From positions 16,113 through 80,112 of IMG/VR virus record IMGVR_UViG_3300033149_004458: DNA of 64,000 nt. One strand, written 5' to 3'. The position numbers and the translations under genes are program-made. Positions 49,055 through 58,748 of this stretch are shown here, in pieces (the first letter of the stretch is position 1; each line of letters begins with the position of its first letter). The notes beneath the pieces were generated by a model. The model was not told the origin of the DNA. It saw only the letters and a list, made by a program, of their open reading frames with translations, and did not search any database. The stretch comes from a virus.

Positions 49055-50770
49055 ATGAAATTATCTGAAACTGCCAAGAAGATATTAGAGAGGAAATATC
49101 TTTTAGATGGCGAGACATTTAATGATCTATGTGCCAGGGTTTCTTCCTACATTGCTCGTGCGGAAGAAGATAGAGCATATTGGACAGGAAAATTTTATCA
49201 ATTGATAAACGAAGGTTGGTTTATGCCAGGCGGGAGAATACTTGCTAATGCTGGAACAAAAAACGGAAATCTATTTAATTGTTATGCGTTAGAAGTAGAG
49301 GATAGTAGAGATAGCATATATTCTACATTGGGACTGGCAGCGGAGATATTTGCTCACGGTGGTGGGGTAGGATATAATTTTAGTAAACTTAGAGAGAGAG
49401 GAACCCCTGTATCTAATGGGAGTGCTGCTTCTGGACCAGTTTCCTTTCTAGAGCTTTATAACGTTTCTGCTTCTGTTATTAGCCAGGCCAGCAGAAGGGG
49501 GGCACAGCTTGCAGTTTTAAACGTAGATCACCCAGACATAGAGTTATTTCTAAAGGCAAAGCAAGTAGAGAACAAGCTTCCACATTTTAATATTTCTGTT
49601 GGGCTTACAGATGCTTTTATGGGAGCTGTTCAAAAAGGTGAAAAATTTTGGCTGAAATCCAGGTATGATAATTCGCCGGTTAAAGAGGTTTCAGCGAGAA
49701 AATTATTTTCCTTGGTTGCTAAAAACGCATGGCAGCGTGGAGACCCTGGGGTATTATTCGTGGATGCTCTCGAAAGAGATAATGCAGTGCCACATTTAGG
49801 GATTCTTAATACATGCAACCCATGTGGAGAGGTGCCGCTTTTGCCTAATGAGGCCTGTTGTCTCGGCGCTATAAACCTAATGATGATGTTGACTTTTCAC
49901 TCTGGAAACTGGAAGTTTGATATGGCAAAATTATCTTATGCAGTTTCTATAGCGATTAGATTCTTGGACGATGTGCATGAGGTAAACAGGCCAATTACCG
50001 AGAAGATAAAAGAAGCCTCTCTTAACACAAGAAAGCTAGGTCTGGGAGTCATGGGTTGGGCAGACATGTTAGCTAGGATGGGCATCCCATATGATTCTCA
50101 AAGAGCTAGAAACCTGGCAGAGAGTATATCAAAACAAATGCGCAGAATTGCTTATCAAACATCTAAACTTCTAGCTGAAGAGAGAGGACCCTATAGAGCC
50201 TTTGACCCCGATAGGTCCAGAAATATTTGGTACCCAGGAACTCCTGTTGTCCCTACCAGAAATGCTACCCTTATGTGCCTTGCTCCTACAGGTTCTATTT
50301 CTTTGATTGCTGGAGTTAATTCTGGAATAGAGCCATTTTTTGCACTGGCCTACACCAAGCTAGTCACAGAAGGAGAGGGAAACACAAAGTACAAGGTTAT
50401 GAATGTCAATCCTTACCTTAGTGATTACCTTGAAACCCAACCCAAGAAAGTAAGAGATAAAGTATTAGAGATAGTAAAAGAAAAAGGAAGTATACAAGAG
50501 ATAGATTTCCTGGATAATAATGTAAAAGACATTTTCAAGACTGCTCATGACATCTCTCCAATTAGCCATGTAAGGATGCAACAAGCCTGGCAACTATACA
50601 CTGATGGTTCAATAAGTAAGACAGTAAACCTACCAGAAACAGCCAGTGTAAAAGATGTAGAGGATATAATTTTGGGTGGATGGAAAGCCGGTTTAAAGGG
50701 ACTTACTATTTTCAGGGATAACTGTCTTTCATTCCAGGTTCTAAACGTGGGGGCAAATTCTGGTAGCTAA
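49055..50770 (+). CDS. nrdJ: Class II (adenosylcobalamin-dependent) ribonucleotide reductase
   Basis: FMPGGRILANAG, LFNC, GGGVG.NFS.LR, RRGA, NPCGE, CCLGAINL, LGLGVMG, APTGSIS, SISKTVN and KGLTIFRD; no beta subunit nearby. Confidence 0.9.
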   Translation: MKLSETAKKILERKYLLDGETFNDLCARVSSYIARAEEDRAYWTGKFYQLINEGWFMPGGRILANAGTKNGNLFNCYALEVEDSRDSIYSTLGLAAEIFAHGGGVGYNFSKLRERGTPVSNGSAASGPVSFLELYNVSASVISQASRRGAQLAVLNVDHPDIELFLKAKQVENKLPHFNISVGLTDAFMGAVQKGEKFWLKSRYDNSPVKEVSARKLFSLVAKNAWQRGDPGVLFVDALERDNAVPHLGILNTCNPCGEVPLLPNEACCLGAINLMMMLTFHSGNWKFDMAKLSYAVSIAIRFLDDVHEVNRPITEKIKEASLNTRKLGLGVMGWADMLARMGIPYDSQRARNLAESISKQMRRIAYQTSKLLAEERGPYRAFDPDRSRNIWYPGTPVVPTRNATLMCLAPTGSISLIAGVNSGIEPFFALAYTKLVTEGEGNTKYKVMNVNPYLSDYLETQPKKVRDKVLEIVKEKGSIQEIDFLDNNVKDIFKTAHDISPISHVRMQQAWQLYTDGSISKTVNLPETASVKDVEDIILGGWKAGLKGLTIFRDNCLSFQVLNVGANSGS

Positions 50771-50905
50771 AAGCGCCGGTTATAAGGAAATTCTGAATCG
50801 AAAGATCGCCGGTAAACGAAAACTGGTAAAGGAGAATTGAAATGTTTTATGGTAATGGTTAAGAGGGAAGGGAATAAGGTATCTAACCCTAACGGGGGGA
50901 AATAA

Positions 50906-50935
50906 AAATAGCCTACCTAGTCTGGTAGGCTATTT
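50906..50935. terminator. Bidirectional terminator between convergent operons
   Basis: AAATAGCCTACC-tagtct-GGTAGGCTATTT, with an A-run upstream and TTT at the 3' end. Confidence 0.75.
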
Positions 50936-50937
50936 GT

Positions 50938-51852
50938 CTACTTGAACCTTCGTGGGGAGAGAAGGGAGAGTATGCCTAGCTCTTTTACCCAAGACACTAT
51001 CTCCCGAACTGATTGGTATCGCGCTTCCTTCGCCAATAGCCATGTTCGGTACCCATTAACCCCCACATCTTCACTGTTATGGCCTGTAAGGAGTGCTTCT
51101 GTTGGTACTTCAACACTCCTGGTTGCTATTCCAAGGAGTATTGAAGTAAACGCCCAGTAGTCCCACTCTCCATACTCATGGAACCATGTGGGTAACAACT
51201 GGAGACCAAACGTACCTAGCAACCGCTCCAGCGCGTTGTCAAGACACCCACTTGGACGTATCCCACCAGCCACCCAATGTTCTCTTGGTAGGGGGGGAGC
51301 GTTTAGGCTGTCCCACCATATTCTTACCGTTTGTATCAGGTAGCTCAATACAGCGGCGCTCCCCATCAGAGAGACCGGAAAGTGCCGGATCACCCCAGGG
51401 TAATTGTTCTTATACCGCCAAGGAAAAGTTATGGTTATTGCGCTCTCCTCTGGTGGCAGCTTGCTCTTGTAGAACCTGGTTGGCTCATAAGGCCCACCAA
51501 GGTATTTACCATAAAGTCCTTTTGTGCAATAACGACCGCCCCCCTTGGTCAGTAGGTCATTGCTAATGCTGACCATAAACTTGGCCCACCGGTTAAAGCT
51601 TTGGTCAGTTGGACCGGGCCTGTCAGAACCCTTGCGGCGGTGTGGCAGGTAGATGTCGAACAGGGAAACCCTGGTGCTATCTAGCGTATTGGTCTTTACC
51701 ATCCAGCGGTACAAGTCGGTAAGGTGACCACATGCTATCTCCCTGCAGTGGCCTATATCTTTGAACCACCCATTGGTGGCACAAGGAGTATAATCAAACT
51801 TTTCTAAGAATGATACGGCTTTGCTGCTGGTCTCTACGTATATGAACATCAC
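50938..51852 (-). CDS. Unknown-family protein, paralog 3 of 3
   Basis: Shares CRE, QT.RIW, LLP.WF..YG.W.YW.F and NGY..WL with the next two ORFs. Confidence 0.75.
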   Translation of the reverse strand: MMFIYVETSSKAVSFLEKFDYTPCATNGWFKDIGHCREIACGHLTDLYRWMVKTNTLDSTRVSLFDIYLPHRRKGSDRPGPTDQSFNRWAKFMVSISNDLLTKGGGRYCTKGLYGKYLGGPYEPTRFYKSKLPPEESAITITFPWRYKNNYPGVIRHFPVSLMGSAAVLSYLIQTVRIWWDSLNAPPLPREHWVAGGIRPSGCLDNALERLLGTFGLQLLPTWFHEYGEWDYWAFTSILLGIATRSVEVPTEALLTGHNSEDVGVNGYRTWLLAKEARYQSVREIVSWVKELGILSLLSPRRFK

Positions 51853-51858
51853 TTTCTC

Positions 51859-52881
51859 CTAAAAAGAGTCAAACTTGCAGAGGGTGGGAAGCGTCCCCCT
51901 CTGTGGGGTCATGATGGCAAGCAGGCCCTCACTCTTAAGGGTTTCAAGGTGAGATGGTTTGTCCTCTAACGCATTTAACCACGTCTCATACCCGTTGATA
52001 AATATAGAATAATCCTCCTCTACCAAATGACTACCATGGCGAAGGAACACCTCGGGTGAGAGTTTCAACTTGCCCATAACAGTATCCAACAAGACACTGC
52101 TGAACCCCCAGTAGCTCCAGCCACCATAGTTGTAGAACCAAGTTGGTAACAGGTCCTTTACAAACATTCGCAAGTTCCTAAGCTCTGGGTGTACAGTGCT
52201 CTTGATGGCGAAATACCGCCAGAGATCGTTGACCCCTTTTCTTACAACTGTTGCAGACCAGATTCTCATGGTTTGCAATAAGAAGCTGGTCATAGATACA
52301 GACTTTAGAATCTCTGGGGGGATGTTTCTTATTGCACCACCCCCGACCGCTTGCACCCCTGGGTCTCTGTATACTTTCTTCACGAGAGTATCAAATTCAG
52401 GGTCGTCTAGAAGCCCGGTATCAAACTCTACTGGACACCAGGGGAGACCCGTGGTATGTGTATCATATTTCAGATAGCTACCAGTGATCTTTAGATAGTC
52501 TACCGGTGGTTGTTCCCCTAAGATGGCAAGCATGATTGATACAATCAGATTACTCCACCGCCGGTAATTGATATTGAGTCTCTCGTTTTCTCCGTGGGGG
52601 AGAGTAGAGAGATTCTTTACCATCCCCTGGAAGCCCTTGCCCTCTCTATCATAGGGAGAGGCGTTGATGAAATTTACCCCCAGAATATCTACACTGTCAA
52701 TATATTCCTCTACCGGCCCCAATTTGCTTTCTACTGTTTCCATCGCTGTAGATAGGTTGCCGGTGGCAAACTCGCGGCAGCAGCCAAGGTCGCCTGCCAT
52801 AATATCACCTGCCTGACACCGCCACAGATAGGCTAAACACTCTTTGACTCGCTCATTTTTGGTGTGGATAATTGCTATCAT
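51859..52881 (-). CDS. Unknown-family protein, paralog 2 of 3
   Basis: CCREF, SFLLQTMRIW, LLPTWFYNYGGWSYWGF and INGYETWL. Confidence 0.75.
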   Translation of the reverse strand: MIAIIHTKNERVKECLAYLWRCQAGDIMAGDLGCCREFATGNLSTAMETVESKLGPVEEYIDSVDILGVNFINASPYDREGKGFQGMVKNLSTLPHGENERLNINYRRWSNLIVSIMLAILGEQPPVDYLKITGSYLKYDTHTTGLPWCPVEFDTGLLDDPEFDTLVKKVYRDPGVQAVGGGAIRNIPPEILKSVSMTSFLLQTMRIWSATVVRKGVNDLWRYFAIKSTVHPELRNLRMFVKDLLPTWFYNYGGWSYWGFSSVLLDTVMGKLKLSPEVFLRHGSHLVEEDYSIFINGYETWLNALEDKPSHLETLKSEGLLAIMTPQRGTLPTLCKFDSF

Positions 52882-53864
52882 CTTCCTAACCTCACTGGCA
52901 AATTTTCTCTGGCTGATATAAGAGACTTGACCCCATCTTGTCTTAGCATATTCTTGGTATAGGTTATTTCGGGGTGGCTTCTACCAGCAAACGCCAGCCA
53001 CGACCTATACCCATTTACACCGTTGTATTGACTTCTTGATGACATTGTGAGGTCCTCAAATGTCACCCCAAACTTGCCAATACCAAAAGCTGCTCCTAGT
53101 AAGACGGTGGCAAATGCCCAATAATCCCACCCCCCGTAAGAGTAGAACCAAAAGGGCAGCAGCTTGGTACCAAGGGGAGCAATTGGCTGTATTATAGCCG
53201 ACTGACGCGGCCCAAGATACCGGCTCATGAGACTCAATCCTGGAGTCTCCGCAACCGTAGCCCAAATTCTTAGAGTTTGGACCAGGAAGCTAATTACCGG
53301 GGTGGCTGGCATCAACTCAACTGGCAACCTGAGTATGGTACCAGTCATATCGCTATATTCCATATTTTGTAGTAAATGTTTTTCTACCCCTGCCCTGTTT
53401 ACATAATATTGTGTCTCAGGGCGGGTTATAAGGTTGGTGCTGTCCCAAAAAACCTTGGGACTCACCAGCCCTGCATAGAGCTTGTAGTACGTTTTGGTAG
53501 GAAGTGTTTCTCCTGGATGGTTATGGAGAAACATTGTTAAGCCTACTACAATGTCCATCCACCGCTTCACCCAGTTACCAAACCTCTTATCCTTCACTTG
53601 CAGGGTATTCATTGGAAGGTCATAAGAATATCCCCTGATGCCCATAATACTGAAATACCTAATTTCCGGGTATTTCCTAACATACCCATAAGTATTTCCA
53701 AGTAGAGAGCAAAGTACCTCTCTACATGAAGAGGTGCTTCTGACTATTGACCTTCCGCGTCCAGGTACCGTCCACCCAGAAACATAAGGCCAATTAGGCA
53801 GAGCGCCAAGCTCACTCACCACCGGGTGTTTGCTAGAAGGAAGCGTAATATGAACTAACATCAT
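52878..53864 (-). CDS. Unknown-family protein, paralog 1 of 3
   Basis: SCREV, SFLVQTLRIW, LLPFWFYSYGGWDYWAF and VNGYRSWL. Confidence 0.75.
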   Translation of the reverse strand: MMLVHITLPSSKHPVVSELGALPNWPYVSGWTVPGRGRSIVRSTSSCREVLCSLLGNTYGYVRKYPEIRYFSIMGIRGYSYDLPMNTLQVKDKRFGNWVKRWMDIVVGLTMFLHNHPGETLPTKTYYKLYAGLVSPKVFWDSTNLITRPETQYYVNRAGVEKHLLQNMEYSDMTGTILRLPVELMPATPVISFLVQTLRIWATVAETPGLSLMSRYLGPRQSAIIQPIAPLGTKLLPFWFYSYGGWDYWAFATVLLGAAFGIGKFGVTFEDLTMSSRSQYNGVNGYRSWLAFAGRSHPEITYTKNMLRQDGVKSLISARENLPVRLGR

Positions 53865-54691
53865 TCTACCTCCACCCAGCGGCCAATACCCCCGCTGCGG
53901 TCTTTTGGTATTGGAGGGAATCCAGTGAGGTCATATAGCTCTTCCGCGCTTTCCGGTTTATTTGCGGTTAAGACTTCCCACAGCAGATATGACGGGAAAA
54001 TCTTGTCAAACTTGAAACCACCAAGTGCCTTCTCTACCGCCATCTTTCCTACTTCTAGAGTAAAGCGGTATAGCTCTGGGTTACCGAGAATGAGGTTGGA
54101 GGGAGTTCTATACTCTATTCCGTGAGGCTGAATCCGATAGATGCCCGGTCTACCGTAGATTGCTCTCCGTCGGAGGTCTCTGTCCCCAGAGACCACAACA
54201 GAGATTAACCCAACGGTATAGTCAAGACCTCTGATAATTCTCACTGCCTCAACCTCGTTTGGTGGGGATGGTAGACCAAAGTGGATATGCGCTCCTGCGT
54301 AGCGCCAAGGGTGGTTGGGAACATCTATTTTATCTAGAGCCCGTTTCTCACCCCAGGCACTCTTATCCGGGTCGCAACCAAATACCGCCAATTGCTTGTC
54401 TCGCTTGGCCCACTTCAGGTCAAAGGGAACCTGGGGTTCGATTATAATCTCTGCAAGATCACCAAAAAGCATTTGAGCCAGTACCAATAGCTCTTTTATG
54501 TTTTTGGTGAGCTGGGCGGGTGTTGGGTCAGGCAGGGGTTGAAGCTCCAGGGCTGCTCCATCCACATAAAGACTACCGCTTGGGGTGACAAGAGTATGTT
54601 CGATGTAGTGCTTATCGAAGATCACCCCAGCAGGTAATACCTGCCCCTCTACTGAAAAGAACATTTCCGGGTCAGCACCTAGTGTAATCAT
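53861..54691 (-). CDS. phiEco32-like COOH-NH2 ligase (type 2)
   Basis: TLGADPEMF, DGAALEL.P, FGCDPD, RYAGAHIHFG, RRAIYGRPG and GIEYRTPSN. Confidence 0.9.
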   Translation of the reverse strand: MITLGADPEMFFSVEGQVLPAGVIFDKHYIEHTLVTPSGSLYVDGAALELQPLPDPTPAQLTKNIKELLVLAQMLFGDLAEIIIEPQVPFDLKWAKRDKQLAVFGCDPDKSAWGEKRALDKIDVPNHPWRYAGAHIHFGLPSPPNEVEAVRIIRGLDYTVGLISVVVSGDRDLRRRAIYGRPGIYRIQPHGIEYRTPSNLILGNPELYRFTLEVGKMAVEKALGGFKFDKIFPSYLLWEVLTANKPESAEELYDLTGFPPIPKDRSGGIGRWVEVE

Positions 54692-55077
54692 TGTTCCTCC
54701 TTAACTGTGTTGAGTAGATTACATTTGTCTCTAAATATACACGCTTTGCAATACTCTTCCCTCTGTCTCACACAATGTTCGCAGAGGTAGGAATTGCGAT
54801 CGTAACAGTAAAACCTAGGGGCGTCTTCCGCCTTGGTGGTCAAGGTCGCCCCGCAAGAGTTGCAATATATTATCACCTCATAGTGGTCAATATCACTACC
54901 ACAAGAGCGACAATGATACCCCACAATCTTTACAGGTCCTATCTGCTCCCCTGGTCCCTCACTTACAAGTGCCAGAACACCATTCTGGTCTGGCGACACG
55001 CAAGCAGGGAAGGCCAGGAGAACCTGACCCTTTACAATAATATCTCTACTACCACATTTGGGACAATGTATAGACAT
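54688..55077 (-). CDS. Cys-rich multi-zinc-finger protein
   Basis: CPKC, CRSC, CNSC, C...CEHC and CKAC...C. Confidence 0.65.
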   Translation of the reverse strand: MSIHCPKCGSRDIIVKGQVLLAFPACVSPDQNGVLALVSEGPGEQIGPVKIVGYHCRSCGSDIDHYEVIIYCNSCGATLTTKAEDAPRFYCYDRNSYLCEHCVRQREEYCKACIFRDKCNLLNTVKEEQ

Positions 55078-55082
55078 TATAC

Positions 55083-55445
55083 CTACTCCTTATCAGAGTG
55101 CCAGAAAATACTCACAGGTCTTTGAAAGAACTCACCCAACACCCTCTCCCATTTTGCTTTTATCCTCTCTGAGTACTGTCCACGTACCCAGAGATCATAC
55201 ATAATTTCATTGTTTCGTTTCACCATCACGATGTCCATTATTGTAAATGGTTTGGAGTGTTTGTATGGATCGCCTTCAGCGAACCACACACCCCAAGCCT
55301 CGTTCAGGTATGAGTGTAGTCTGGTAAGAACGCCCCTATCTTTGGCTTGCTGCCAGGTCAAAAGACAATCTACCCAAGTATTCCATTGGACTTTCCTTAC
55401 CACACTTTCGACTACCAGGGAGTCAAATTTCTCAAAGGACAACAT
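55083..55445 (-). CDS. Hypothetical protein
   Basis: Start reassigned to MLSFEKFDS (AGGGGG RBS, near the upstream stop). Confidence 0.55.
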   Translation of the reverse strand: MLSFEKFDSLVVESVVRKVQWNTWVDCLLTWQQAKDRGVLTRLHSYLNEAWGVWFAEGDPYKHSKPFTIMDIVMVKRNNEIMYDLWVRGQYSERIKAKWERVLGEFFQRPVSIFWHSDKE

Positions 55446-56151
55446 GGCTACCCCCTGCGGGTGCAGTGGTGTGCCCAACAAAACTTTGGCATAGTTCCTG
55501 CACCCGGTGATAATGATAATTGAAGAAGTTAGCCTTGAATAGAGATATGGGTTCCTTGTCTCGGCATGCAGCCTCCCCAAGGAAAAACCAAGTGACCGGC
55601 ACAAGGTCATCTACATCTGCATAGGCAATCTCTACCATCCCCTGGTAAGAGAGAGTACAGATTGCCGCCACCGACACGCCAAACGTACTTGTGCCAAGTA
55701 GCCTGACCACACGGTTCCCAATGTAGACAACCGAGACCTGCTTCACTGTTCGGCGAAGTACCTCCCACCCAAATTGAGATAGAGAGGTTACCTTAACCAC
55801 AGGAGTAAGCTCAACACCTAGAGCATGAGCCAGCTCTTTGGTGTTACGTTGAGAGGCACAAGTCAAATTCCACTGGTTATCGAAAAACCACTCCTCACCG
55901 ATCGGGCTTAGCGGCTCCACCGCCGCCAAAACACTGTCTGGCGGGCACTTACCCTGGGAGAAGGTTGTTGCTCTCTCCAGGTTAATTTTCCCCTGGGAAG
56001 GGAATCGCATGATTACACCAGGGGAATACCCCTCTAGTGTAATGTCTACCTCGAATGGCTCTAGGGAGAGCAATAGACGGACCAAATCCTCCGGGTTGAG
56101 GTACTTTCCCGGTGCAAGTGCTGGCAAACTGTGGTTTATCGATACTATCAT
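55432..56151 (-). CDS. Hypothetical protein
   Basis: 239 aa, ATGA-coupled to the ATPase gene. Confidence 0.6.
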   Translation of the reverse strand: MIVSINHSLPALAPGKYLNPEDLVRLLLSLEPFEVDITLEGYSPGVIMRFPSQGKINLERATTFSQGKCPPDSVLAAVEPLSPIGEEWFFDNQWNLTCASQRNTKELAHALGVELTPVVKVTSLSQFGWEVLRRTVKQVSVVYIGNRVVRLLGTSTFGVSVAAICTLSYQGMVEIAYADVDDLVPVTWFFLGEAACRDKEPISLFKANFFNYHYHRVQELCQSFVGHTTAPAGGSHVVL

Positions 56152-56897
56152 GCTATTGTCCTTCCTCTACTTGTTATGGTTATTCTACCTTCACGAAGTA
56201 GCCATTCTTCTACCCTATCCAACTCTACGGAGTCTAGCGATAGGATAGCCTGCATGGTCCTCCGTGATTTTGGTCCTGTCTCTAGAGCTTTGAGGTATCT
56301 TCGATCTATGGGTGTTGTCCCGTCTCTATCAATACCCATAGCAGCAAAGAAACCCATTACCACCTCCAGGCTTAATGGGTGTCCATCAAACCTGGAAACA
56401 TCAATAAACTTGTTGATGAGTTCTACCACCCTCCGTGGGTTACCCTTGGCCCGTGAAGCTACCTCGAAGGCAACTTCATCTGGTATAGCTGCCTTTGCAT
56501 GTAGCTTCGCTATTTCTGCCAGCTGGTCTACCGTGTAGTCATCCATTCTAAACGTGATACACCGACTGATAAACGGTTCTGGTAACTTCCCTGCCATATT
56601 GGAGCAGAAGATCATTCGGTTTTGCTCCATAGCAGGGTAAATCTTTTCAAAGTTCCCTGACCAAACATGGATCTCATCTATGATGTGGACCATCGCGTCA
56701 GGGTGTATAACTACACCATTACGTCCTGGAATCTGCATGGTGTAGGTTCCTACCATTGCAGCTAGAGCTTCTGCAAAGGTGGTCTTGCCATAGCCATAAT
56801 GACCGCGCAACAGAATTGACCAGGTATTATTCTGCGTCATTATGGCAAGACAGCGCGTTTTCAATTTGTCTTGCCCAATCAATTTGTATAGGTTCAT
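56148..56897 (-). CDS. RuvB-like AAA+ ATPase
   Basis: IGQ, Walker A GHYGYGKTT, Walker B IIDEIH, LPEPFISR, SRAKGNPR, and a RuvB-type winged-helix tail (DRRYLKAL...VEEWLLREG...TSRGR). Confidence 0.8.
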   Translation of the reverse strand: MNLYKLIGQDKLKTRCLAIMTQNNTWSILLRGHYGYGKTTFAEALAAMVGTYTMQIPGRNGVVIHPDAMVHIIDEIHVWSGNFEKIYPAMEQNRMIFCSNMAGKLPEPFISRCITFRMDDYTVDQLAEIAKLHAKAAIPDEVAFEVASRAKGNPRRVVELINKFIDVSRFDGHPLSLEVVMGFFAAMGIDRDGTTPIDRRYLKALETGPKSRRTMQAILSLDSVELDRVEEWLLREGRITITSRGRTIA

Positions 56898-57621
56898 AGT
56901 TATCGATATTCTCTCTTAACCACCTATCCAGCTCTCTTCCATAGAACAGAAGGGAAATCTGGTTGAGGGATGGCCCGGTATTGACCTCGAAGACTACATA
57001 CTTTCTAGTAGTCTCTGACCATCCGAGGTCAACTGCTCCAAAGGTAAGCCCAAGGGCAGCAACCGCTTTTACTGCCACCCTCTGGCCCACTTTATAATGT
57101 TCTTCACCATTAACCCTGGAATACCCCCACCCTCTCAGAGATGTTCGTATTCTAGAGTCAGCCTCTGGTACTCTAGGTACTTTTCTGAACACCCTGAGAG
57201 CCTTGTCACCAAACACATGCACTCTCAGCTCCAGGTCTACCGGAATATACCCAGTGAAAAACCTAGAATTGGAACTTAGAGCCTCTTCTTTGTTCTCACA
57301 CCACTGTATATCCAATCCAGCACGGTGGTTTATTCTTCTTCCTAGTATAGGATAGCCATCGTCTGGTGGCTCCAGAAAGACTGGTGGGGTGTTAACCCCC
57401 TCTTCCTGGAGTCTTTGTAGAGAAGCTAACCCATTGCTGGTAAGCAATATGGACTCCCTGCTATTGATGGTACTCTCAGTATCAACAGCGGAGAGACTGC
57501 TACCCCACCGGACGACGACCGTGGTATATCTATTTGGCACGCGCCTGGGTCTCAAACCCAACAGGCGAGCCAAAGCTCTACCAGTAACGCAAGTGCTTCT
57601 ATGGTATAAGATGTCCATCAC
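56827..57621 (-). CDS. ATP-grasp ligase (RimK/phiEco32-like)
   Basis: VRWGS, YPILGR..H.AG.DI, ELRVHV, AVAALGLTFGAVD and VFEVNTGPSL. Confidence 0.88.
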   Translation of the reverse strand: MMDILYHRSTCVTGRALARLLGLRPRRVPNRYTTVVVRWGSSLSAVDTESTINSRESILLTSNGLASLQRLQEEGVNTPPVFLEPPDDGYPILGRRINHRAGLDIQWCENKEEALSSNSRFFTGYIPVDLELRVHVFGDKALRVFRKVPRVPEADSRIRTSLRGWGYSRVNGEEHYKVGQRVAVKAVAALGLTFGAVDLGWSETTRKYVVFEVNTGPSLNQISLLFYGRELDRWLRENIDNYEPIQIDWARQIENALSCHNDAE

Positions 57622-58748
57622 ATCTCCAATGAGAGACGCAGAAGGTCTAATGTCTCTAGGTCGTTCATAAACCAGGGAAACTCCAAGTTCATGAACTCAC
57701 CAAATAGGTCATAGGGGTCTTTGTACTCGGCTACCAGCTCATTCCAGATAATTTCTGCAACTTCTATATTCGGTTTATTCTGATAGTGCTCCCTGGAGAG
57801 CTTTTTGAGTACCGCTAATGCAGCCTCTGGATCGACCACGTCATACCAGGGCTTTTCATGCAACCTCTCTAAAGCATATTTTGCTTCCAGAAAGCCTACC
57901 CCTGGAATACTGTCCACCGCCTCAGCTAAAGAGACTGCGCGGTCTATCGTCCCAGTAGCTACACCTGAGACAAAGTTGGTGGTCTTGTGAACCACTGTGG
58001 GTTTAGGTCTGGGTATGGAGGCGACTTTCTCCAACTCACCCCCATCTTTGAACCTATAAATAGTGTCCATCTCTAGAAGTTCAGTAGGTCCAATCTCCCA
58101 CTCATCTAACCCGAGCAGAGCCTGGGTTAGCTTAACCCTCTCTGCAACCTCTTGGAGGTTCTTTTCTGATGTGTTTATTACCACCAGAGGACCAAACTTG
58201 GCTTGGTAGAGGGAATTCGACCCCCTCACCACCCAGATAGTCTTACATTCATAGTCATAAATCAGGAAGGCAAAACTTCCGGTAAATAACTTAATTGTGT
58301 CGGTAATACTCTCTGCGGTAATGGGCTTCTTTTTTGCCAGTACCGCAGTGAATACGTGACTATCCACCGGGTCATTTCCCAAATCTATATTCTCGTCTTT
58401 CATTACCTTTTGATAGTTCAGCAGCGTGCCATTGTGGGCTACTGCTACACCATTTACCAAAAATGGGTGAGCGCCTTCCCGTGCCCGCTGACCCGTGGAG
58501 ATTGCCCGAACGTGGGCAATCAGCGGGTAACCGCCATTCTCTACAATGGCTTTCTTGTAATCATCAGAAACCACGATGGTTTCTGCTGGCCTCTCCCACT
58601 TCACTACACCCCAGGGAGAGGCAAAACCTACCCCATCTCGATTCCCCATACTATTGCGTATGAGGAGATTAGATAAAAATAGGTTGGTCACCTTTACCTC
58701 TTTCTCATTTAACTCACGTGTCGGATAGATGCTAGTTAACATACACAT
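57618..58748 (-). CDS. Class II (Ntn) glutamine amidotransferase
   Basis: N-terminal Met-Cys, DGVG, AHVR..STG, AHPF, AHNGTL.NY, VDS and GSFA. Confidence 0.88.
   Translation of the reverse strand: MCMLTSIYPTRELNEKEVKVTNLFLSNLLIRNSMGNRDGVGFASPWGVVKWERPAETIVVSDDYKKAIVENGGYPLIAHVRAISTGQRAREGAHPFLVNGVAVAHNGTLLNYQKVMKDENIDLGNDPVDSHVFTAVLAKKKPITAESITDTIKLFTGSFAFLIYDYECKTIWVVRGSNSLYQAKFGPLVVINTSEKNLQEVAERVKLTQALLGLDEWEIGPTELLEMDTIYRFKDGGELEKVASIPRPKPTVVHKTTNFVSGVATGTIDRAVSLAEAVDSIPGVGFLEAKYALERLHEKPWYDVVDPEAALAVLKKLSREHYQNKPNIEVAEIIWNELVAEYKDPYDLFGEFMNLEFPWFMNDLETLDLLRLSLEM

Noticed and set aside
24203-50770. Inteins or introns in terL, polA, recA, dnaB or nrdJ
   Set aside because: Protein lengths are normal and the motifs are contiguous; no splice-junction signatures or homing endonucleases were seen.
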